This document shows, one piece after another, positions 12,250-25,472 of a stretch of 53,262 bases of DNA. The DNA comes from Trichodelitschia bisporula. Its lineage: Eukaryota. The notes beneath the pieces are model-generated. The model was not told the origin of the DNA. It was given only the letters and a program-made list of their open reading frames with translations, and ran no database searches. The first letter of the stretch is position 1, and each line of letters begins with the position of its first letter. A program made the translations under genes and the position numbers. Location: the NCBI GenBank assembly GCA_010356995.1, contig ML996697.1:124001-177262 (forward strand), given 5' to 3'.

Positions 12250-12870
12250 CGGCGTGAGGCTCAAATTCAGACCCGTCTTGGTTCTCGCGCTCGCAATCAT
12301 CCTCACTGTCGGCTTCCGATTCATGCTCAGGCTCGTCCTGATCTTTGCAGGCGGCTTCAGCCTCGGACCGCCCTGGGCGTGAGGCTCAAACTCAGTGCCG
12401 CCCTGACTATCGCGCTCGCAATTCTCCTCACTGCCAGCTTCCGATTCATGCTCAGGCTCGTCTTGATCTTCGCAGGCGGCTTCAGTCTCGGACCCGCGCT
12501 CGCAGTCATCTTTGAAGTTGGTTTCGGCTTTGTACTCAGCCTCGCCTTGAGTTTCGCACTCAGCCACAGGATCGGACTCGGTCGCGTAGTGATATTCACA
12601 CTCAAGTTCGGTGGCGCACTCGGTTTTGCAGTCATCCTCGCAAAAGGCTTCAGCTTCGTACTGAGCCTCGTCTTGAGTCTCGCACTCAACCACATCATCG
12701 GACCCGGCCACGTAGTTATCTTCGCACTCAGCTTTGGCGTCGTACTCGGCTTCGTAGTCGTCCTCGCAAAAGGCTTCAGCTTCGCACTCAGGCTGGTACT
12801 CATCATGGAAGTCCGCTTCGAGCTCGTCCTGGGGCTCGTAGGCATCGTTGCATTTGGCATCGAAGTCGGA
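12250..12870. repeat. 42-bp (14-aa) tandem repeat with 126-bp higher-order period
   Basis: Units EAEAFCEDDYEAEY / DAKAECEDNYVAGS / DDVVECETQDEAQY / EAEAFCEDDCKTEC and so on. CCTCGCAAAAGGCTTCAGCTTCG occurs at 12636 and 12762 (126 bp apart). Confidence 0.85.
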
Positions 12871-15302
12871 GACATGTTCGTGCTCTTGATGATGAAACGC
12901 GTCGTACTGGGAGTGGGACTCAAGGCCAGTATCGTAGAGCGCAGAGTGGTCATCTTCATAGAAGGCAGCCGGCTCCGGCAGCACAGTCCTCCGGCTTGAG
13001 CTCAGTGCGGCGGGGCGAAGGGATCCCCGTGCACCCATCAGTGTGCACATTTTTCCGAGCCTTCTCGCCCTCAGTATAGCGGTGCCAGATCTCCTTCGCC
13101 ATGATCGTGGGCTTCGCGAGGTATCTCATGACCACCCACTGACCCTCATTCTCATCGTAGAAGTCATGGTAGTGGTATTCGTCTTCGTAGTGAGCGCCGT
13201 CGGCAGAGGGAGGGGCATCGTCGGTGTACTCGCCTGACTGGGGCCGGTCGTCATGGGAGTCGGCTTCGGCTTTAGAGGCCCAAGCCATGCGGCTTTCTGG
13301 CCGAGGAGCGTGGTCTTCAGGCTCAGTCCAATGTTAATCTTCGTACGTGCAATCGTCGAAGTCTTCGCCTTCCGCGTCATTCCACGCCATGCGGCTCTCC
13401 GGCCGGGCAAAAGGAGCATTGGCGGGCGCGTAATTTTCATCTTCGGAGTGTTCCTCCGCAAGGTCTTCCTCAACCATGTCCGCCCAGAACATGTGGCCCT
13501 CAGGCTGGGAGACCTCATGGCAGAGGGACTCGGTCGGCTCAGGCTCACCATCGGTAGCCACCTTGTCAAACTCAGCCGACGTAGAAGCAAGAGAAGCGGT
13601 CTGAGATGCGCGCTTCTCTGCTTCGAGTCTCTCCTCCATGAGGTCATCCTCTTTGTCCATGGCGGCCCAGAAGACACGCTCTGGAAGAATATTAGTCAAG
13701 GTCAGATGGAACGCGTGATACGCGTGCGCTGTCGCGTTGTTTGTGGTGTGGATTCCCAAAAGTTGTGTTCCAAGTTTGCCCAGTGGGCTTGTTGTGACTA
13801 TGTGAGTACTGTTATGGCTGCGAGCGAGACTGGGAGCGTAGAGGGCATGATGTGCCGCTCGTTGCTCGCAGTCCCTTGTGAGTGTTCTTCCAATGTGAAG
13901 CGATGTAGTAAGAAACCGTGCGACATCTGGTACTTGCCTGCGTGGATGGGCATATCCCGCTGCATGTAGCGGTTCCAATCAAAAGACATTTTGATAAAGG
14001 GGCAGGTGGTGCTTTGAAAGTGTGGAGAAAGGAGAATGAGGAGTTGGAGGACTTGATGGAGATGATGATGCGGTGCGAAGAAGATTTTTTGCTGTGGAAA
14101 ATTGCTTGAGAGCTGGCAAAAGATTTCTTCGCAGTGTGTGGTAGGAAGAAGAAAAAGAGATGGAGAGAAGCTCGCCCACCGATACTTAAACTCCCCACAG
14201 GAAAGCACAGGCCACCTGGTGGTGCTAAGCATCGTCGTGTTTGCTACCGCAAAAGTGAATACTGCAAGGCTAGCGCTAGCGGAACATTCTTCTATTGGCT
14301 GTCGGAGGCCGGGCGCCTTCCATTCACAGCAGTGAGCTTCCAAGAGCCTCACGCGGCGATTCTGCCGCACTGGCCACCTGCGACTCCGCGGCGGAGCCAT
14401 CCGGCCCGTTGATGTGGTGTTGTCTGATGTCCTGGGGCTGGTATCGTGTGTGGAGTATATGGGACGGGAGGAAAGCTCCTCAAAATTCTGCGAGTGCTAG
14501 CTAAACTGCATGTCTGATATCGCCAACCCAATACTTACTGAGCTTGAACCATAACCTGAACTTGCTGATGTATATCCTAAATGCGCTCGTACTGTGCCAT
14601 TGCGCCACCATCTCCACTCTAGGTCAAGCTGATGCAAGTATCTCCTGCCATATACCAAAGCTGTATGTCGGGTGTATATATAGAAGCCGATATCACGCAG
14701 TGTCTAATACTCAGTATATATATTGGCCGTTGATTTCCTCACACTAGCGCAGCAGAGCTTATGGTTATCGTCAACATTCATATTCCCACCTCCAAGCCTT
14801 CGTGAATAAACTAGGTGCCTCCAAAAGTGGTCCGTGAACATAATTGCTTGGACGTGGTTGTGGTGCGGGAAGGTTTGATGTCATCCCAAGTGTCAAAGGT
14901 TGTCGTGGTTCGGTTAAACTTTTCAGCCGAAATGCTTGCTACTTTGGGAACGCGGGAAGCCTCAGGCGACAAGGCTAAAATTCATTGTGTGGGGCCGGTA
15001 AGCCACCCGACAAGGGCCCAGGCAATCGTGGCGGGTAAGATTCCGAAGCTGTACGGTATGGAGTAGGCTGTCAAAAGCAGATCTCGAAGGTTAGGGGTTG
15101 TGAGGCGAGAGTGAGATCTGAGATCTCAGATCTCGGGTGCTATTTTTGGGAGGTATAGCGTTCATGAACATATGCTCACGTCATTACTATCAAAGTCTAA
15201 CCAACTTCAATTCTCCATGTATAGACACGATATTCGAGTCAAAGCCCACAGTCCACAAATGCAACAACCTCCAAACGCCCAACAATGCCTCAAACAACCA
15301 AA

Positions 15303-17198
15303 TCAAACCTCCATCTTCTCACTGACCACCAATTCCTTCTCCTGCCTCTCCGCGCGCTCCTCCATCTTCCGCTTCTTCTTCTCCAACTTTTCCTTATCCG
15401 CCTGCATGCTCGAAATCAACACACTCTTCTTCCGGATAACATGCCCATACTTGTAAAACACAAACGGAATCGGCACAAGCGCCAACTCCAACAACCCCAC
15501 CAACGTCCCTGCCCAATTCGGCCCCAGCGTCTCATACATCTTCGGCCCAGCCAGCGGGAGCGTCCCCCCCAACACACTCCGGAACACCGAATTCCCCGCC
15601 AGCGCACTCGCCGCATAAATCCCATAACTATGCACCAAGTAATTACTCGCATATATAAACACCGCGCAATTCCCCGCCCCAAACGGGATACCAGCGATAA
15701 TCGGCACAATCCAGTGCACGTTCGGCGTGCACGTCCACGCGAATATGATCTGCCCAACGGGGATGCAGATGGCGGCGATGCACACGATGCTGACCATGGC
15801 TTCGGGCGGGATCTTGCCCGTTACTGGGTCCGGCTTGTGCGCGGCGATCATGCGCCGGATGAGCGGCTCGCAGACGATGGCGACGAGACTGCCGATTCCG
15901 ATGCCGGTGTAGGAGAGGCCGGTCATGCCGGGGGACCAGTGGCGGAGGCCGGAGAAGACGATTGGGTAGGCGACGAAGCCGAGGTAGAGGATGGCGTAGA
16001 CGACGGCGATGTAGATGTTCCAGAAGATACTGTGGCGGTTAGCAGGGAAGTGCTTGGGTTAGGAGCGACGCACCAGATTGGCTCGGTGCAGGCCATGATG
16101 AATGGTCGGCTGAGGTTCATCTTCAGCAGCGGCCATAGCTTCTTCTTCTCGTCGTAGCGGGACCACCAACGCGGGTCGCCCGTCTCCTTGCGGCGCTTCG
16201 CGGCGCGCTGGCGCAGGATTGCGGGCGCGTATGTCTCTTTCATTAGGCACATCATAATGAAGACGACCCCGGCGCAGATCATGACGACCCAGTTGGTCCA
16301 ACGCCAGCCCATATACTGAAACACAAAGCCACCAACAAGGGGACCGACGACGGGCTGACAATTAGTTGTTTTCCTAGGGAATAGAGTTTGGGACTCACTC
16401 CATTCATCGGACCCAAGCTCCAGATAGAAAAGGCCAGGGCGCGGTGCTCCTCCGGGACGATGTCGCTAACGGTGCCAGGCGCATTACTGATCATGGCACT
16501 CCCGGCGAGCGCACCGAAGAAACGAACTATCAGGATGGTCGAGAGGCTCTTTGCAAGGCCACACGGCAGGATCAAGATGCAAAAGCTGAACATTGCTCCT
16601 AGGTATATCGGACGCCGGCCGTACATTTCGCTAAGCGGAGCCAGTATGACGGAGCCGACGGCCATGCCAATGAGGTATGTGGTTATTCCCAGCACAGCGA
16701 CCGTTTGAGACTTGATGTTAAACTCCACCTTAAGGCCGGGGATGCCTGACGTATAGGAAGTGGAGTAGAGAACTCTGCGCCCAATCAGCACCATTCCATT
16801 TACCGTGCATCGTACAGAACTCACGCAGTTAAGGCACCGAACGACACGAAGAAGATACAGCAACCGCGGTACCACAGTGGATAGTTTTTCGGATCCCCAG
16901 GATCATCGTCGCCAAAGTCTACCTCGAAGCCCGGGTCCCGGGTGTATGTAGTTGTCACGACGGCCATGCCCGCAGTGTTTTTCCTCGACAATGCGGCTGT
17001 CGGCACTCGTGATAGATCCCGTTCCACATTTTCATATTCTTCGGCGTGTACTGAGACGCCATCTTCACTTGATGAATGTGCGTAGCTGTTTGGCGAGTCC
17101 TTACGCTTCTCAGTGTGAGATGGTACGGTGGGCGACCCAGCAGACTCTCGGTGCGATTCGTGCGAGATGCGCACCTCCTTGGTGTCGCCCATCCCCAT
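15303..17198 (-). CDS. MFS drug:H+ antiporter DHA1 family (Tpo/Flr1-like); exons 17198-16825, 16774-16399, 16354-16074, 16029-15303
   Basis: VDFGDDDPGDPKNYPLW, APLSEMYGRRPIY (motif A), RFFGA, GPMNGPVVGPLVGG, WRWTNW, ETYAP and YAASALAGN. Three GT-AG introns restore a continuous frame. Confidence 0.93.
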
Positions 17199-18460
17199 GG
17201 TCTCCGCTTAGGTCTGAAATGAGATCCCAAAATGACTCTGATGGATCCAGTTAAAAGCGGGGAAGTGGGGAGGCGGGGGACGACGCTCCAGTTGATGGGG
17301 GTATAGATATTTGGCGATCCTTACGTCAAGACGGCTTCACGCTATGCAGGGGAGAGGCGATCAAGAAACCCAAATTCACAGAGTCAAAGAGGAAAAAAAG
17401 AGATAAAGGGCAAAGAAGCACCTTCTTCTACCCATCGGAAATAGCATTCTTAAGGCCACGGGCGGATTCAACCCGCGCGTGGCGAGCGGGGCACCAACGA
17501 CGCCGCATGACGAGGGCATGGACTTGGGCCGAGCATAGAAGCTTGCGCAAGAGAAGCGGAGAAGCGCGATGTCCGTTAGCCATGGTGCCATGCAGCTATG
17601 CAAGCCACGCCACGAGCAGCTCGCCGGATTATCCACCCGCCTGCCGACGGAAAGAACGGCGTGCCTGCCGAGCCGTCTGAACCGACGGCGTGGGGACATG
17701 GTCGATACCAGCTGGATAAGGATGCGCATGCCATCGGCTATGAAGTTCGGATATGGGATTCTCTGCAGTTCATGTTAACTTGATGTCTCTACGATTGAGT
17801 TGAACCTTTCATCTCAACAGCCGACTTACTGATTGTTGAGGAGGCTAACCATCGCCGCACGCCACCAGTGCCCAGCTAGCAGAATCATGGTAATCCAATA
17901 ACAGCATAGAGAGGAGGAATGATAAATGAGCGAGCGGCCGGGTGTTCGGCATGGGATGAAAGAAGAGTTCGTCGTTTAGACATGGGATCGAAGTACCGCG
18001 CACCGTGCCCACCAATCATCTCACAGCGTGTCACTGTGGCGGGGGCGGAATTATCCCGAGGTCACCACCAAGCATTTGGACTTCACGCCGTCTTCTTCCT
18101 CGCCTCATCGTCTTCTTCTCCGCGTCTCCACTTCGTCTTCTCCGCGTATCCACTTCTTCTCCAGTGGTTCCAATTCTGGAATTTGTCGGCTATCATCGGC
18201 TCAATATTGAAAGCACCCAGGAATCCAGCATTGACTCGAATTGACTTGAATTGTTCTTGAATCGTTTTTGCTATCTTCACTCTCGACTATTTCTTATCTC
18301 TCCCCATCCAACATCCAACTCTCACGACCATATGAATGGCCTCAATGATGATGATACACAAGCTGCAGCAAGCCCAAAAAACACTCGCGCGCGCGCAAAA
18401 TCCCGTTCCCAAACACTCTGAAGAAAAACATAACCATCACACCAAATTTTCCTCACCCAT

Positions 18461-20286
18461 CTAGTGCTTGAACTGATCCTCAGTCACACCCTTGCCCATA
18501 GCCGCCGTACTGCTCACACCGCCCGATACCATCTTCAACATGTTGTCGACATAGTTAGCACCGCTCCACTTCTGGTGCGTCACAACCTCGACCCCGTTAT
18601 CCATCTCCGGCTCCTGGATCAACTCGCAGTAGGCCCGCATGCCCGTCTTCGCGTACGCCTTGGTGAAGGTGTCGGCAATCAGGGCCGTCTGGTGCAGGCC
18701 CGCCAGCGTGATGAACTGCCAGCAGTAGCCCAGCTTCGCCAGGCGCTGGATGTACGTCTCCTGCTCGTCGCGCGGCATGGCGGCCTTCCAGTTGAACGAG
18801 GGCGAGAGGTTGTAGGCGAGCCTTCGGGACGGTTAGTCTCGTCTCCCGTCACTCCAAAAGGGAAAGGATACTCACTTCTGCTCCGGCCACACGGCGCGCA
18901 CGCCCTGCGCAAACTCCTCCGCCTGCGCGTAGTCGGGCAGCTTGCTTTCCATCCAGATCATATCCGCATACGGCGCATACGCAATAGCGCGGTTAATCGC
19001 GCACTGGCACCCGCCCTTGTAGCGGTAGTACCCCTCGCGGGTCCGTGCCGCATCCCAGTTGAAGTACACATCGGTGCCCGTGATGCCCTTGGCGATAGCG
19101 CGGGCCTCGGTGTTGCTCTTCCCCTTGCTCTCGCGCGTGAACTGGTCGATCAGCGCCTGCTTGTTGGCGTACGCGCCCGCCTTGATGGTGTCGGCGACGG
19201 CCTCGGAGAAGAGCTTGAGCCCGGCCTTGGCCGTCCATGCCTCTTCGATGGCTTCGAGCTCGGCGCCGGACTTGCCTGCGCCCTCGGCGGCGTTCATTAA
19301 GTCGGCTAGGGGCTGAAGGTCGGGATTCGTGGTGCCGATGACGTAGTGGTGGTCGCGGGGGTCGATGGTGGAGGTGATGAGGGTCGCGGCCTCGGAGTCA
19401 GTACGCGCGACGGCGAGGAGGTCAGAGCCTGTGAGTGTTAGCTACCGCTTTTGTGGTATGTTCTCGCGGCTACGCACCCATGATATCGGCCTGGGCGCGG
19501 ATGGCCACCAGACGGTTGATGTGCTCGCTGATAGGCACGAGCACCTTGCCCGCCATGTGGCCGCACTTCTTGGTGCCGGGCGCCTGGTCCTCGATATGGA
19601 TACCCGCCGCACCCTTCTCAATGAACAGCTTCGTGAGCTTCATGATGGCGGTCAGACCGCCGTGGCCCGTGTCGGCGTCGGCGATGATGGGCCGCAGGAA
19701 GTCGGTGTTGGCAACTTTGCTGCGCTGGGACTTAGGCGTGGTGAGGCGCTCCTCGCGCTGCTTGCGGTCGTGGAAGAGCTGCGCGAACCAGAGGTGCTGG
19801 ACCTTGTTGGGGACGGTGGTCTGGGGGGTGTTAGAGGAGGTGTGATGGGGGGAGGGGGCGGCGTACCATGGGGTAATCTGCCAGATCTGGGCCCGGCTCG
19901 TCGGTCGACGAGGCCGTCGACGAGCACTGCCAGCCGGAGACGTAGACGGTGTCGAGGTACTTGGCCATCTGGGTGACCATGACGGGGTCGAGGCAGCCAT
20001 AGGTGAAGGAGGCCTCCTTGTTCTGCGGTGAGCGTCAGTTCTGCTCTTTCTCGTTTCCTGAACTTCGTGGCCCAGGGCGTACCTTGTAACGGCTCTCGAG
20101 GATGTTCCACAGCTTCTTCGATTGCGCGTTGCTCGGGTACTGGATCGTCAGGTTCCCACGCTTCGACACAATCTGCTCCGCCGTAAACGGCCGCTTGGTG
20201 TACCGCCAGCGCTCATCAGCCCACCACTTCTGCACGGCCGCAACTTCAGCCTGGAACTGCTGCTCCTCGCGCTCGATATCGGCCAT
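18461..20286 (-). CDS. ICL1: Isocitrate lyase; exons 20286-20083, 20022-19867, 19820-19478, 19428-18876, 18821-18461
   Basis: Catalytic signature [55 protein letters not shown] and C-terminal TEDQF. Four introns give an in-frame product (acuD orthologue). Confidence 0.97.
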
Positions 20287-20512
20287 GGTGACGTGTGTGA
20301 AAGGTCAAAAGTCCGCCGGTGCGACTAGTGTAGTAATGATCTCAGTAAGGCGCGTAGCACGATCTCTCAATTGCAATCCCAATCCACGTAGCAGAACAGT
20401 CAAATAAAAACGATCTCAAAGAATCAATCGAGTCAATTGGAGTCACAAACCCTCCCCCCCCGGCGGGACCCCCATCCATTATGAACTCCCCCCGGGCAGG
20501 CGAAAACTGCGT

Positions 20513-21314
20513 CCCCACCCGAACCGAGGCGGCCGGCTCCCGCGCGCGCGGCCGCTATGCACCAAATACCCCAGCCTGGGCAGCGCATGCCCGTGGGCCC
20601 GGCGACAGCCAATACGCGCCCGCAAGGCGGTGCTAGACCCCTGTTTCTCTGAGAGTCTTTGCCTCCGTTGCGGCGTTGTTCATCAATGCGCGAGACCCCG
20701 CGTTCACGAGATGAGCCCGGGCCAGCGGCGAGGGGTCGAAGAGGGGTACCTCAGCGGCTGCTAGCAACATCTACGACGCTCTCTACGACGCTCTCTACGG
20801 ATGTACATTCCACCTTTTCCCCGCGTCCTGAGTGTTCTGAAGGTGACGACGTTTATCCTGAGCAGCTGTAAACCGTATACACGCGTCGACGCATGTCGGG
20901 CGCACCCGGGTGCTCTCGGACGCGCGATAGAGCGAATGTACCTACAGTGTGGTTGTCGGGGGGGCGACCTCGGGAACATGGGACAAGGCTCGACGATGGC
21001 GGGGCGGGGAGGAGGGGCTAGGCGGGCTAGGGTATGACGCTGCCCTTGGGCCGAGGGGTGCCTTGGGGCGGTGCGTCATGAGGGGTTGGTGAAAGGCACG
21101 GGCACGCGTATTGCGGAGGAGGTTTGGGGAAGATGGGGAACTTTGTGGGGAGGGGTCGCGTGTAGTTGTGCCTGACTACCTATGCAGCGCAATTGCTTGT
21201 ATTTGTTGCTATTGCTGTTGGTGTTGGGGGAATTGTGAACGTGAAGAAGACGAAGAGACGATGCCCGCGTGGCTTGCGGCTCCAACGCGCTGCGCGCGGC
21301 TGTGGCCTCCGAGG
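20513..21314. promoter_or_regulatory. Candidate FarA/FarB (CCTCGG) and CreA (SYGGRG) sites upstream of isocitrate lyase
   Basis: CCGAGG/CCTCGG at 20524, 20968, 21051 and 21309. SYGGRG on the - strand at ~20513 and ~20569. These short motifs are partly expected by chance in GC-rich DNA. Confidence 0.4.
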
Positions 21315-23076
21315 TTAATTCGTAGCCGGGCGCGCCGGGGGAAGGCAGACCAATGGGCAAGCGGCAAACCCTTCAAACCAATCGAGCCGATTCTCGCTCC
21401 CTGCTCAGGGCGCGATGCACATGCCAGGGTCTGGGGAAAGGCGAAGCGTGCGAAGCCCCGCCGAGAAGAATCCACCATTTCAACGGGGCCCAGAAGAGGA
21501 ACGAACTGCAATTGGCAATGGAGTTGGGGCTGGAGGTGTGGCATAGTCTGGGGAAAACGGGTTCGTTCGGTTGGGGATGGGTGGTTCGAGACATGGGGAA
21601 GATGTTGGCGGTGGCAAGGCTTCTGGATCAGGCTGGGCGCCAGTCCGCTTGCCCGTGATGGTTAGTGGTCGCGTGAGTTGCGTGGCACGTCGGTTGCCAT
21701 GCGGGCCGTCGGTTATGCGCCGCCAGGCCTGTCGGCTTCGATGCGTGGATTGCCGGACGCAAGGCAGTCGCATCGCAGTACATTCATTTAGGCCGGATGG
21801 AAAGCGCTCACCTCAGTCATCGTGCAGTAACTCAAATCTCACCCTCAGCAACCCCGACTTCGGCTTCATCGCAAACATCGAGTCACTTTCGAAAGCACTA
21901 TCCACATCCCTCCCTTCGTATGTCAATTCCCGGACTGGGCTAGTATCAGTATGTCCGGTCATGTCACCCGCGCAGCCGGACCTGAACCGCTGCGCCGTGG
22001 GCCGATGCCGGCTGTATGGTGCCGATGCGCCGGCTGCGGCCGAATATCGGCTACGCGGCTGCGCCACTGGGATGTGTGCCCGGCGATGGGATAAAACGAG
22101 AATTCGCCCATGTCCGGAGCTGGATATTACCATGGCGCTCAAAGTTTTGGGGTCGAGAAGTTTTCGAGGAATATTGCATTGTTGGTGTCATATCATCGGC
22201 TTTCTCAACAGTGGAAGGACGGCTTCGATGGAATGATCGAGGATGGAGGGCTCCAGGGTTCGACTCGCAAAAGAAGGGATACGGAATGTTCGAATTATCT
22301 CCAATTCGTGCCAGGCGCTTCGCTGCTGATGCTGAAGGAAGAAGCCCAGTCACGGTGGGACTGGTAGCCGTGGCATGAAGGAGAGAACGGCTGGCGATTG
22401 AGCATTCGCTGAGCAGGGAGTGAGGCCCAGTGTATGCATTTGAGTCTGGCAGTGCCCTACTTCTCTTTGCACGGGAGTTTCGTTAGGTGGGATTGATGAC
22501 CACATTCTACGATGATATCTGCGGAATTTTGCAAGGTGATGATGTAGGAGATCTGAGACGGAGCTTGCAGATTGGACGGATCAATCGTTTGCTGTGAATT
22601 GATAATGTCAGCAGTCTCAGTGGCATTCAGACGCCCATAGTCACGACCGACGCGAGGTTTCAACATGGTCCTCTGGTTGCTAGGAGTGAAATGATGTCCT
22701 CCTACCACGAGGTCCGACGAAGATGAGATGACTGCTTCTTGCAGCGCCAATGCGAAATGCGAATGAGCATGACCAGCAGTACCGAATGTGATAAGCAAAG
22801 AGCGGTAGTTAGATATGCAAGGAATACCAGAGACCTTCAGCGCAGATGCCGTTGCCTAACATTTGAGCTCCTGTCAGCGATGGCAGATGAGAAAACGACG
22901 ATGTGTTTGTGGTGGTGAAAGCGCGGTGATATCGATCAGCCCAGAACAAAACTCACGCCAAGCCATATTAGGCCTAGCGTCCCCACTCCCCTCCAGGGCT
23001 CCGAACTTCCAACTCGACTGGCGCAAAAAAAAAGTTTGGCATCTGCGCGCTGTTGAACACTCCCCTACGAACCGCA

Positions 23077-25117
23077 ATGGCCAACCCCGATATCGAATCG
23101 CGCAAGCGCAAGAGAAAACACGCAAAGACGACAAAGAAGGATGAGGTCGCTGACATCTCCGAAACCGAAGTTGCGGTTGCGGTAGAGGAGGCAGAGGTCG
23201 AGGCCCCAGATGTTGCGGTGAAGAGCAGCAAGAAGGCTAAGAAGCACCGTGAGGAAGATGTGTCAGGAAAGAAGAAGAAGAAGAGCAAGAAGGAGGTAGT
23301 GGAAAAGGTTACTGAGGTTGAGGCCGAAGTCGAGGAGGAGGAAGAGGCACAACCGGCGGCTGAAGAGCCTGCCGACGAAACTGTCGACCAGCCCCTCGAT
23401 GAACCCACCGAAGCACTAGAGGAAAAGCCCACCGACAGCGATGAAGAGCAACAAGACAATGTGGTCTCCGATCTGCCCTCAGGAAACATGGTCTCTCTCC
23501 CCGCCGTCGGTGACGCACCCACCAAATTCGCCGACCTCGGTCTGGCAGAGAAGACGATGAAGGCGATCGAAGGCATGGGCTTCGAGAAGATGACCGAGAT
23601 TCAGTGCCGAGCTATCCCGCCGCTGCTTGCGGGTAAGGATGTGCTCGGTGCGGCGAAGACGGGTTCGGGCAAGACGCTTGCGTTTTTGATCCCTGCCGTC
23701 GAGATGTTACATGCCTTGCGGTTCAAGCCGCGCAACGGTATGGGTCTACTTGAGGTTGATGAAGTTGAGCTAACGAGTTAGGTACTGGTGTTATCATCGT
23801 TACCCCGACGCGTGAGCTTGCACTGCAGATCTTCGGCGTCGCCCGCGAGCTCATGGAGCACCACAGCCAGACATACGGCATCGTAATCGGGGGCGCGAAC
23901 CGGCGGGCCGAAGCTGAGAAGCTGGGCAAGGGCGTCAACCTACTGGTTGCAACACCAGGACGGCTGCTGGATCACTTGCAAAATACGCAGGGCTTTGTGT
24001 ACAAGAACCTCCGCACGCTGGTTATCGACGAAGCGGACCGCATCCTGGAGGTCGGGTTCGAGGACGAAATGCGGCAGATTGTCAAGATCCTGCCCAAGGA
24101 GGAGCGCCAGACATCGCTGTTCAGCGCTACGCAGACGACAAAGGTCGAGGATTTAGCGCGCATCTCGCTCAAGGCTGGGCCGCTGTACATTGATGTGGAC
24201 TACCGCGAGGAGTTCAGTACAGTCTCGACTCTGGAGCAAGGCTACGTGATCGTGGAGTCGGATCTGCGGTTCCGGCTGCTGTTCACGTTCCTGAAGCGGC
24301 ACCCAAAGAAGAAGATTATCGTCTTCTTTTCCAGCTGCGCTTGCGTCGACTACTACTCCGAGCTGCTCAACTATATCGATTTGCCCGTGCTGGCGCTGCA
24401 CGGCAAGCAGAAGCAGCAGAAGCGGACGAATACGTTCTTCGAATTCTGCAACGCGACGCACGGCACACTCATTTGCACTGACGTCGCGGCACGTGGACTT
24501 GATATCCCGGCCGTGGACTGGATTCTGCAGGTGGATCCGCCTGGTACGTCCTCGCTTGTCTTTCTACGTGCATATCATGCTGACCTGAATAGATGATCCG
24601 CGCGACTATATCCACCGCGTGGGTCGTACGGCGCGCGGTGCAACAGGCAAGGGCCGCAGCCTGATCTTCCTGCAACCCTCCGAAGTCGGCTTTCTGAAGC
24701 ACCTGAAGGAGGCTCGTGTGCCGCTCGTCGAGTTCGAGCTGCCAGAGAAGAAGATTCTCAACATCCAGAGCCAGTTGGAAAAGTTGATCAACTCGAACTA
24801 CTATCTGAACAAGGTGCGTTTTGTACCTGCAGACCGGTAGGGCACATGCTAACTCCCCGCAGAGCGCCAAAGACGGCTATCGCAGCTATCTCAACGCCTA
24901 CGCCAGCCACTCGCTCCGCAGCGTCTTCGACGTTCAGAAGCTCGACCTGGTCAAGCTGGCGCGCTCGTTCGGCTTCACCGCCCCACCGCGCGTCGATATC
25001 ACGCTTGGCGCGAGCATTAAGGATAAGAAGGGTGGTGGGCAGGCAAGGCGTGCGTATGGCAGTCAGCCGAGTCAAGCGAGAAGGTTTGGGAAGAAGAGGG
25101 GTGGTGGTGACGATTAG
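23077..25117 (+). CDS. HAS1: ATP-dependent DEAD-box RNA helicase HAS1 (DDX18); exons 23077-23737, 23782-24543, 24593-24813, 24863-25117
   Basis: [69 protein letters not shown] and YASHSLR...FGF.PP. Three canonical introns. Confidence 0.96.
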
Positions 25118-25410
25118 CATAGGGAGCTTGGGTAGAGTTTGTAGGAATGTGAAGGCGAAGGCTGTTTGGTGCGAGTTGTTGCTGTGCCTCTTTGCGGTCG
25201 ATGGGTGTGCTTGGTGTTTGACTGCCGGTGTGATGGGTTGTAGCTTCTGATGTCAGACCTATTCTTGCGAGGTCGGCAGGGCTGGGATGGACTGATGCAG
25301 GTACGACTCAGCATACGGCAGGTACGCGAGGATCAGATACTGGGAGAGACTGTTTGCATATTCCCAGTGTTTCTAAGTCTTTGTCACATCTTCCTCTGAT
25401 GAAGCTCACT

Positions 25411-25472
25411 ATGCCCATTATGCCCATTATGCCAATTATGCCCATTATGCCCATTATGCCCATTATGCTCAT
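25411..25472. repeat. Minisatellite (ATGCCCATT)x~7
   Basis: Directly visible 9-bp tandem repeat. Confidence 0.95.

Larger units (their letters stand above)
10799..13989 (-). pseudogene. Disrupted gene for a very acidic (Glu/Asp/Cys) tandem-repeat protein of about 1000 aa
   Basis: Consecutive minus-strand ORFs join into one protein. In-frame TAA at 13334-13336 (reads ...TYED*HWTEPEDHAPRPESRMAW), frameshifts at ~12985 and ~12370, in-frame TGA at 11633-11635 (...SWA*VVAQSAMVEK). Probable ATG at 13989 and an intron acceptor (ACTAAT...TTCCAG) at 13681. Sequencing error cannot be excluded. Confidence 0.65.

Noticed and set aside
11762..13969. Hydrophobic plus-strand ORFs (206-238 aa) resembling membrane proteins
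   Set aside because: Antisense shadows of the Glu/Asp-rich minus-strand repeats.
18822..18875. AAG acceptor in isocitrate lyase intron 4
   Set aside because: Uncommon but a known minor 3' splice site, and the frame is restored normally.
22490..22556. Possible C/D-box snoRNA (TGATGA...CTGA) upstream of HAS1
   Set aside because: No terminal stem or recognisable rRNA guide, and the boxes are short enough to occur by chance.
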